64,000 nucleotides of DNA, from assembly GCA_030706685.1 (NCBI GenBank), contig JAUZOA010000018.1, positions 1,329-65,328 on the forward strand, read 5' to 3'. The notes beneath the pieces are model-generated. The model was not told the origin of the DNA. It did no database searches and saw nothing but the letters and a program-made list of their open reading frames with translations. Below, piece after piece: positions 36,301 through 43,936 of this stretch. Position 1 is the stretch's first letter. The number at the start of each line of letters is the position of its first letter. Origin of the DNA: Bacteroidota bacterium (GTDB lineage: Bacteria > Bacteroidota > Bacteroidia > Chitinophagales > Chitinophagaceae). The position numbers and the translations under genes are program-made.

Positions 36301-37908
36301 ATCCAGTTCATGGTAAAAAGTCAATTCAATACAGAAACGATTTCTCTGCCTGTTGTTGCCAGTGATAAGGGCTTCCCGGTAATCGAAACCTTTTCAGGAA
36401 ATAAGTCCGCCAGGCATAATTTCACCATTAATAAAATGATACCCGGAACCCTGCAATCGCATCTTAAGGTATTTCAAAATTTAGAAGGCCAGCTATTGGA
36501 TGGAATTGAATCGATGTTAAGAGAACCGGGCGGATGCTTCGAACAAACATCCTCTACTACTTATCCGAATATATATGTATTAAAATATTTACGTGAAGCC
36601 GGAAAATCCAATCCTGCTATTGAGAAAAAGGCTTTATCCTATATCGAAAACGGTTACAACAGATTGATCGGTTTCGAAACGGCTCAAAATGGTTTTGAAT
36701 GGTTTGGGCATACGCCGGCGCATGAGGCTTTGACCGCTTATGGATTGCTCGAGTTCACCGATATGCAGGAATTCATTGATGTAGATAAAAAAATGATGGA
36801 AAGAACAAAGACGTTCCTGATGAGCCGGAGAGACGGCAAAGGTTCGTTTTCCCTGGCATCTGGCGGATATGACAGGTTTGCTTCTGTCCCCGACAAGATC
36901 GCAAACATTTATATAGTATATGCTTTAACGCAAGCGGGAATCGGTAACGAGATACAGCAAGAGTACCGGGCAGCAGTAAATAAAGCCATCGACAGCAATG
37001 ACGCTTACCAGTTAGCTATGATGGCGCTGGCAGCCAGTAATATGAAAAATGAAAATGATTACGCCCGGTTGATGGAACTGCTGAATACTAACTATCAAAC
37101 GTTGAAATTGTCGGCGGAAACCAGTGTCGTCAATTCAAGAGACGCTTCACTGCGGGTGGAATCCATGTCGCTGTATACGTTGGCGCTGGCAAGAGAAAAG
37201 TCCCCGAGGATCGGCTTGATGGCAGAACTTGTTTCTAAAATACTGGGAGAAAAATCTTATTACGGGTATGGTTCAACACAGGCGACTGTGCTCGCGTTAC
37301 ATGCCATTGTTGAGTACTCCAAACTAATTGGAACTTTAGCACCGGATTCGCAGGTAGCTTTTACCCTGAATGACCAGGCAATCACTCCCGGTACCAGCCC
37401 CCTGATCAATCTCAGGAACGGGGAGAATTCATTTGATATTCATTACGAAAATGCGAACAAAACCATTCCTTACAATCTTGAAGTTTCTTACAATACGCTA
37501 ACGCCACCTAACAGCGCGAAGGCGGAACTGAAATTATCTACCCGGCTGAAAGATATTCAGACGAAAGTGGGAGAAACGGTAAGAATGGAAATTGAAGTGA
37601 AGAATGAAAGATCTGCACTTCAGCCTATGGCGATTGCAAAGATTGGAGTACCCGCTGGTTTGGCTGTACAGCCCTGGCAGTTGAAAGAAATAATGGAAAA
37701 GAATGAAGTGGCTTATTACGAAATTTTTGATAATTACCTTGTATTGTATTGGATGGGATTTGCTCCAAATGAGATCAAAAAGGTCAACCTGGATCTGAAA
37801 GCGGAAATAGCCGGCACTTATAAAGGAAAAGCCAGCAATACCTGTTTATATTATACACCTGAATACAAAAACTGGAATGATGGTGTGGAAATAGAAGTAA
37901 AACCATAG
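33382..37908 (+). CDS. alpha-2-macroglobulin-like thioester protein with an internal SusC-type CarboxypepD_reg + TonB-receptor plug module
   Basis: The ATG at 33382 gives signal peptide [24 protein letters not shown] (track start 33223 overlaps the previous gene). It has MG2-like N-terminal repeats and a CarboxypepD_reg-like segment (nt ~35002-35215). A plug-like segment lies at nt ~35383-35760 ([12 protein letters not shown] ... [35 protein letters not shown]). The thioester region [21 protein letters not shown] places Cys codon 1052 at nt 36535-36537. The C-terminus is A2M receptor-domain-like. Confidence 0.8.
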   Translation: [1508 protein letters not shown]

Positions 37909-37914
37909 AGAAAT

Positions 37915-37949
37915 GGAACACGGATGATACAGCTTGTCATCCGTGTTCC
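37915..37949. terminator. bidirectional stem-loop between convergent genes (13-bp perfect stem)
   Basis: GGAACACGGATGA (37915-37927) and TCATCCGTGTTCC (37937-37949) flank a 9-nt loop, followed by GTTTTC on the plus strand. It lies between the stops at 37908 (+) and 37956 (-). Confidence 0.7.
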
Positions 37950-37955
37950 GTTTTC

Positions 37956-39407
37956 TCAAGGCTTGCCGGGTGTAAATGAAAATGCCAAAGCCGGATAAAA
38001 AGAACCAGTCTTTAACAACGATTGAGGAAGGGATACTTTAACAACGCCATTATCATTTACCCATTTTACCGTTTCCCCATTCTGCAACAACGTCATCTTC
38101 GTTCCCTTCGCCGGGATATTGTTTTTCCATTCTATCGCAGATGGCAGCGCTTCATTATCATCCAGGCATACAAGCGCATACATTAACGTTCCCGTTTTAT
38201 TTTTAGTAAAAAATGTTTTGCCATCCTGGTATTGAGGAGTAGTGCGTGTATTATAAATGGCTTCGCCGTTTATTTTCATCCATTTTCCAATTTCTTCCAA
38301 TCGCTGAATAGCTTCTGCCTCCAGGGTTCCATCTGCCCGCGGGCCTACACCCAGCAACAGGCTCCCACCCTTTGCCACAATTTCTATTAAAGAATGAATC
38401 ACTTTTGTTGCAGACTTGAAATGTTCGTTTGGAACCCATCCCCAGGCATTGCCCAATGTCATACAGCTTTCCCATGGATGATCGAGTTGACGATCCGGGA
38501 TTCTTTGCTCGGGTGTCTGGTAGTCTTCATAAAGCCCATGCACCGTGCGATCAACGATCAGCAATCCGGGTTGCGCTTTTCGCGCCATCGTGGCGATAGC
38601 GGGTATATCAATATCCTGGCTCCAGGCGGGAATAGCAGCGCCCCATGATCGCACTTCTTCGTTGACCGTTTTCAAAGGCCTTACCCATCCCCCGTCCAGC
38701 CACAAAATATCAACCGAACCATAATTATGCATCAGTTCACCAATTTGGTTATAGGTATATTTTTTATACTGGCTCCATCGCCAGGAATATTTGCGGATAT
38801 CATAGTTGTTATTACGATCTGCGGTGGCATATTTGGGCCACCAGTAATATTCAGAATGCCAGTCGGGTTTGGAAAAATAAGCGCCGATCATAAAATCATT
38901 TTTCCGGAAAGCATCGAATACATATTTCGCTACATCGGCCCTTGGATTATTTTTAAAAGGCCCGGCTGATATTTTAAAACCCGTTTCTTTCGTATCAAAC
39001 ATACAGAACCCGTCATGGTGTTTGGTGGTAAATACAACATACCGCATACCGGCATCCTTTGCTGCATTGGCCCATTGTTCAGGATTAAAATTGACGGGGT
39101 TAAAATCTTTGGCAAGACCCCAGTACCATTTTTTATAATCATCATAAGCGATAGTACTGTCCCGTTCTATCCAATCCTCAGAACAAATAGACCACGATTC
39201 AACGATTCCCGGTACGGCATAGATGCCCCAGTGTATGATCATACCGAACTTGAGATCCTGCCATTTATCTAATTTTGCTTTTACCAATGGGTCTGTGGGC
39301 CATTCATATCCTGAGGATGAAGGTGTATTTTGTTGCGCTTTAAGGCAAACAGCAGCAAGTGTTAAAAAAGAAAATAAGAAAGCTTTGTAGGCTAATTTCA
39401 AAATCAT
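37956..39407 (-). CDS. alpha-L-fucosidase (GH29)
   Basis: 483 aa with a signal peptide and the GH29-type motif YVVFTTKHHDGFCMFDTK. The overall length is typical. Confidence 0.85.
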   Translation of the reverse strand: MILKLAYKAFLFSFLTLAAVCLKAQQNTPSSSGYEWPTDPLVKAKLDKWQDLKFGMIIHWGIYAVPGIVESWSICSEDWIERDSTIAYDDYKKWYWGLAKDFNPVNFNPEQWANAAKDAGMRYVVFTTKHHDGFCMFDTKETGFKISAGPFKNNPRADVAKYVFDAFRKNDFMIGAYFSKPDWHSEYYWWPKYATADRNNNYDIRKYSWRWSQYKKYTYNQIGELMHNYGSVDILWLDGGWVRPLKTVNEEVRSWGAAIPAWSQDIDIPAIATMARKAQPGLLIVDRTVHGLYEDYQTPEQRIPDRQLDHPWESCMTLGNAWGWVPNEHFKSATKVIHSLIEIVAKGGSLLLGVGPRADGTLEAEAIQRLEEIGKWMKINGEAIYNTRTTPQYQDGKTFFTKNKTGTLMYALVCLDDNEALPSAIEWKNNIPAKGTKMTLLQNGETVKWVNDNGVVKVSLPQSLLKTGSFYPALAFSFTPGKP

Positions 39408-39481
39408 ACTACTAAGAATTTTTGTTTCGGCTAACTTCTTTGTTATTTGCCAACCTTATACAACCAGCCTATTAACTGTGA

Positions 39482-41938
39482 TTAATCGTTTTGAATAAAA
39501 TCATTCCCCGATAATTGCCAGTCATTATCATAAAAGCCCGTCATCTTTACTTCATTGGCTCCTGATTGAAGCATATTTAATTTATAGATCATAAAGTCCG
39601 GGAAGCCGCTTGCTCCCGCAAAATATTGATTGGCTGTAGCTGCATTCATCCCTTTTATACCCGTTCCGCTGATCACGCCCACGGAAGCTATGGAAGAATT
39701 GCGAAGCGGCCATACAAAATAGGCCGCGAAATCATCTCCTTCCCAGGTTTTGCCGCCAGCGGTAATTTTATTACGCTCTACCTGTATCGGGCAATCATTT
39801 AGTACCGTTTTCCAGGCCGCATTCGTATTGCTATTGCCATAAACGATCACACCCCTGTCCTTATATTTTTCCAAGGAAAACTCTTTATCGGGGATGATAT
39901 CCACCGCCCCGTTGCCACGATAATACCATGTTTCAGCATCATACCTGGCTTTATTAAAACTCCATTCATTTTCTTCCTTTGTGCCGGTAGTGCCATATAC
40001 AAAAATCATATCGTGATTAAAAGCATCCTTAAACGTTCCATAACGATCAGGACCTTTCGCATAAGCACCCGGTACCGAAGTTACTTCCCATTTATTATTA
40101 TTCCGGGTAAGAAATAAGCTATCCGTTGAACTGGTTACTTTATATTCTACCGGCGCCGATCCATCAAGAGTAATTTTTACCAGGTCGCCGGCATTAAAAT
40201 CCCTGAGATCTAATTTCAATATGCGGGCGTTTTCTGTATTTCCGCTGATTGTTTTGGCTGCCTTATTTCTTTTTAGTTGTACCCGGCTGAATTGCAGCGG
40301 ATGTAGCTGTTGCCGGATAGCTGCCCAGCGAAAGGAAGAGGATATGCCCGGGTTAGCTGTTATGAAATCAATTGTATTCACGGCGCTGTCAACTGCCAGG
40401 CTATGCCATTTAAAGAAATCGAAGATGGGTTTCCAGTCAACGCTCTGGTCACCGAACCAATGTTCTCCATTCGGGTATTCATAATAACTGAGATCGCTGT
40501 GAAAATCGCCCAGCAATTTCCGCATTTGCCTTGCATAATTGACAGAAACAACTTTGTCGGCTTCCCCATGAAGAATATAAACACCGATAGGCTTATAATT
40601 AGATACCAGTTTGATAACATCGCTCTGGTTACCCGAGCGAAGCAATAATTGTTCTAACGGCGAGCTGCTGCTGTCGGGGATCAAGCCATCGGCGGAGCCA
40701 TAGCCTTTTAATGTAGGATAACCGGAACAGGCAGCGATCGCCGCCCACTTGTCAGGGTAAGTAGCGCCAAGAAACCATGTTCCATGGCCACCCATCGAAT
40801 GACCGGTCAGGTAAATATGTTGCGGATCGGGTTTGAATTTTTCTTTCGCGATAGCCAGCACTTCAAGAGCATCCAATCTTCCCCAGTCTTCCCAGTTAAA
40901 GCCCCGGGGCCGGCGGTTAGTCGCTGCCACCAATGTACCCCAGTCTTTTGAATGATAAGCCCTGGCTTGTCCTATTGCTTCCACGCCGGCCCCATGTACA
41001 GATAAAAACAAAGCCGCGCCTGTATTGAACGAAGGCGCTTGTGGTGTTACCGCATAATATTGAAGACTGCTGTCAATAGTGCTGATAAAAGTGTTGCTGT
41101 ATTTATCCGTCGGGTCTACCGCGTCTATCGCTATCTTTTTTTCATCTACGATTGTCGTTTTATCCAGTAGTGTTATCGTGCACTCATATTGTCCTTTTTT
41201 TGTGGCAGCCGTCCCGTCAAAATGGAAAATTATCTTGCGGGAAGACATAGCAGGCACGGAAGGAATATCAGTAGTCATTTCTTTGCCGCCGATATTGCTT
41301 TTGATATGCCATCCTTTTATCGTTTTTCCGGACGAGTTGATCAATACCACAGCGCCCATCAGGTCATTATTGGGATGGCCGGGCACTATAAACGGCAATG
41401 TCGGATCTCCTGTATCCAGGAATACGGGTTTATCGGGAAAAATAAGATCGGCGATAATGTTTTGCCCCCTTACATAGATTTCGTTCACCCCTTTCTTCAA
41501 CTTTACAGGAATAGATAACCACCCGGATGCATAAGCATCACCTGCATGTGGCTCCCCATTAAAAATAATGGCGCTGTTACCTTTTATATTGAGCAGGGCA
41601 GGCTGTTCTTTATTGGAAGAATAAGTAAGATAAATATATCCGCCCCCATCGCGGAATCCACCTCTGCCTCTCAGGCGGTTCAGGCTATCGCCGGTCACCG
41701 ATTGCCATTTAATGAGCTGCCCGTTGCGGCTTACGCCAAAGGAGTCGCCTTCGGCAGGCCGTTTCATCGTATTTGTATATAGTTTGTAAGCCAGTTGATC
41801 CGTATACAGGGCTTCGCGCCCATACCGGCTTACAGAATTGATCATCAATCCTTGCGTAAAATGATAAACGTTTTGTGAAAAAGAAAAAACATGGATCAAA
41901 AGTGAAAAGATCAAAAGCCCGGAATTTCGCTTTCTCAT
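39482..41938 (-). CDS. multidomain secreted alpha/beta hydrolase (esterase / S9-like serine hydrolase core flanked by beta-rich domains)
   Basis: I prefer the ATG at complement 41936-41938 (MRKRNSGLLIFSLLIHVFSFSQ). It has the nucleophile elbow IYLTGHSMGGHGTW, followed by ILHGEADKVV and PNGEHWF (candidate Asp/His). It sits inside a PUL. Confidence 0.7.
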   Translation of the reverse strand: MRKRNSGLLIFSLLIHVFSFSQNVYHFTQGLMINSVSRYGREALYTDQLAYKLYTNTMKRPAEGDSFGVSRNGQLIKWQSVTGDSLNRLRGRGGFRDGGGYIYLTYSSNKEQPALLNIKGNSAIIFNGEPHAGDAYASGWLSIPVKLKKGVNEIYVRGQNIIADLIFPDKPVFLDTGDPTLPFIVPGHPNNDLMGAVVLINSSGKTIKGWHIKSNIGGKEMTTDIPSVPAMSSRKIIFHFDGTAATKKGQYECTITLLDKTTIVDEKKIAIDAVDPTDKYSNTFISTIDSSLQYYAVTPQAPSFNTGAALFLSVHGAGVEAIGQARAYHSKDWGTLVAATNRRPRGFNWEDWGRLDALEVLAIAKEKFKPDPQHIYLTGHSMGGHGTWFLGATYPDKWAAIAACSGYPTLKGYGSADGLIPDSSSSPLEQLLLRSGNQSDVIKLVSNYKPIGVYILHGEADKVVSVNYARQMRKLLGDFHSDLSYYEYPNGEHWFGDQSVDWKPIFDFFKWHSLAVDSAVNTIDFITANPGISSSFRWAAIRQQLHPLQFSRVQLKRNKAAKTISGNTENARILKLDLRDFNAGDLVKITLDGSAPVEYKVTSSTDSLFLTRNNNKWEVTSVPGAYAKGPDRYGTFKDAFNHDMIFVYGTTGTKEENEWSFNKARYDAETWYYRGNGAVDIIPDKEFSLEKYKDRGVIVYGNSNTNAAWKTVLNDCPIQVERNKITAGGKTWEGDDFAAYFVWPLRNSSIASVGVISGTGIKGMNAATANQYFAGASGFPDFMIYKLNMLQSGANEVKMTGFYDNDWQLSGNDFIQND

Positions 41939-42001
41939 ATGGATATAATTATAGTTAGAATAACGCGAATTATTTTTTTCGAAAGCTACTGCCAATTAGC
42001 C

Positions 42002-42042
42002 CAAAAAAGACAAATCAGACCGCTAAATAAGCGGCCTGATTT
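42002..42042 (-). terminator. rho-independent terminator-like hairpin after the SusD-like gene
   Basis: On the minus strand, AATCAGGCCGC-loop-GCGGTCTGATT (one mismatch) is followed by TGTCTTTTTT. It lies 36 nt downstream of the stop at 42078. Confidence 0.6.
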
Positions 42043-42077
42043 TGTTTTGTTGGTTGGTCTTGCTATCTGCGAACAAA

Positions 42078-43919
42078 TCATTGGTAATTATAATCATTCC
42101 AATAAGGTAATACATTTCTTTTATCAGCCGGCACCCAGAATATGGGCGTCGTGAAATTGTCCTGTTGCTGTACCTGCAGGTAATTGTCCGGGTTGGTTTG
42201 CTGGGCGGATAAGGGATAACGCAAACGTTCGGGGAAAGGCTTCATTACTTTGGCCGTAAAAGTCATGGGTTCCAGGTAAGGATGCCTGGTTCTTCTCAGT
42301 TCGGCCCACAATTCAAATGGCGCGATAATATTCAGGTGTATATATTTTTGTTGCATCAGTATCTCCATCTTGTCCTCGATATTCGCCCTTGTATTAAAGC
42401 GGGTCACGATTGAATCGGCATACAGGCCTACAATCCCTGCATTAGGTTTGGCCGGGTGCATATACAGGGCTGAATCTTCTCCGAACCTGTTGCTGCTGAA
42501 AGTTACCGGGCCTGTAAAATAATTACCGGCGATAGCTTTTGCCACGAAAGATGAGGCCATCCGGCTTTCTTCGTTTCTTGCATACCAGAAATCCGTGGAA
42601 TGAATGATCGCGTCTTTAATATGCTGACCGGCCGTTTTGCCGGTATTGCCAAGCGCTTTTAGCTCCACTTCAGCCAGGAGCAGATCCACTTCGGCCAAAG
42701 ACATCATGTAAGCAGGGAACTTGGAATCATGCGTATAAGTAGTAAGGTGATACTGTGATTTGGAGTTTTGCTGCAGCGATAAGATAAAACTATTGGGAGT
42801 AGTCGTATACCTGTCACCCGCAACATACCCGGGCTTTTGAGCATCGGCATTATACGTAACCCCGATGTATTTACGCAGGTTGGTAGTAGCGCTGTAAGCG
42901 CCATCGAAAAACTTCGTAGGCATGGCTATTACCGGCAACCTGGGATCATCTATGCCGGGCTGGTAGTGGGCCGAATCCCGGTTCATCCGTCTCATTATTA
43001 TATCCGGGATAAAACTTGCGAATGAATTCTCACCAAGACCTCTTATCCAGAAACCATTACTTTCAGGAGCTTCCTCGGCAAAGACAGGTTGCAAAAGATC
43101 CTGGGCAGGAAAGGGCTTGGTAAGCACATCCTGTAATTCTCCTTTGGCCAGCGTTTCATCAACCCCTGAAATTCTTACAGCATATTTTAGCCGCAATGCA
43201 TTGATGAATTGAAGCCATTTATCGACGTTGCCTACAAAGGCGATATCATATTTTGCAAAAAGTTGTTTGCCCAGGTCTGTCATGGCATTGTATACCGTGG
43301 GCAGGTCCTGGCTTATTTGTTTCAAATCACTCATCACGGAAACATATATCGACTTGGGGTCATCGAATTTCGGATAGAATATTTTATCACTTCCTTTAAA
43401 AGCTTCGGAATAAGGAATGCTGTTATAAAAATCCACGTTGACCAATGCCATATAATCTTTAATGACTGTCGCCAGCGTATAAAAAATCTTATTATTAGTA
43501 AGTGCCTCTCCGCTGATTTTACTGAGTTCATCATTCAATACAGCCCAGTATCTTGATCTTGTATAAAAGTCATTCAATCTCCCATTCCACAGGGTATTGG
43601 TATTACCCCCAAAAGCATTTACCCCGCTCAGGTCATCGAAATTATAAAACCAGGGATAGCGGTCAGTAATATAACGCTGGGCGAGCTGCGCATAACCCGG
43701 AACTTCTGTACCCGCATTCAGCTGCCAGTAGAATTCCCCGTAATCCTGGATAAATACTTTATGTTCGGTGAGCATGGAAAGAAAAATGCCGCCAAAGAGG
43801 TTTTCCGTTTTTGAATACACTTCGGGATTCCTGAATTGATCTTCCAGTTGCTTTTTGCAACTGACCAATGAGCTTAGCATAAAAAGAACAAACAGGTATT
43901 TTATTATATGCCGTTTCAT
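42078..43919 (-). CDS. SusD/RagB family nutrient-binding outer-membrane lipoprotein
   Basis: 613 aa with lipobox LSSLVSC. It lies immediately downstream (17 nt) of a SusC-type gene. Composition is SusD-like (aromatic-rich, ends WNDYNYQ). Confidence 0.85.
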   Translation of the reverse strand: MKRHIIKYLFVLFMLSSLVSCKKQLEDQFRNPEVYSKTENLFGGIFLSMLTEHKVFIQDYGEFYWQLNAGTEVPGYAQLAQRYITDRYPWFYNFDDLSGVNAFGGNTNTLWNGRLNDFYTRSRYWAVLNDELSKISGEALTNNKIFYTLATVIKDYMALVNVDFYNSIPYSEAFKGSDKIFYPKFDDPKSIYVSVMSDLKQISQDLPTVYNAMTDLGKQLFAKYDIAFVGNVDKWLQFINALRLKYAVRISGVDETLAKGELQDVLTKPFPAQDLLQPVFAEEAPESNGFWIRGLGENSFASFIPDIIMRRMNRDSAHYQPGIDDPRLPVIAMPTKFFDGAYSATTNLRKYIGVTYNADAQKPGYVAGDRYTTTPNSFILSLQQNSKSQYHLTTYTHDSKFPAYMMSLAEVDLLLAEVELKALGNTGKTAGQHIKDAIIHSTDFWYARNEESRMASSFVAKAIAGNYFTGPVTFSSNRFGEDSALYMHPAKPNAGIVGLYADSIVTRFNTRANIEDKMEILMQQKYIHLNIIAPFELWAELRRTRHPYLEPMTFTAKVMKPFPERLRYPLSAQQTNPDNYLQVQQQDNFTTPIFWVPADKRNVLPYWNDYNYQ

Positions 43920-43936
43920 AGCAAAGATTTTTAAAA

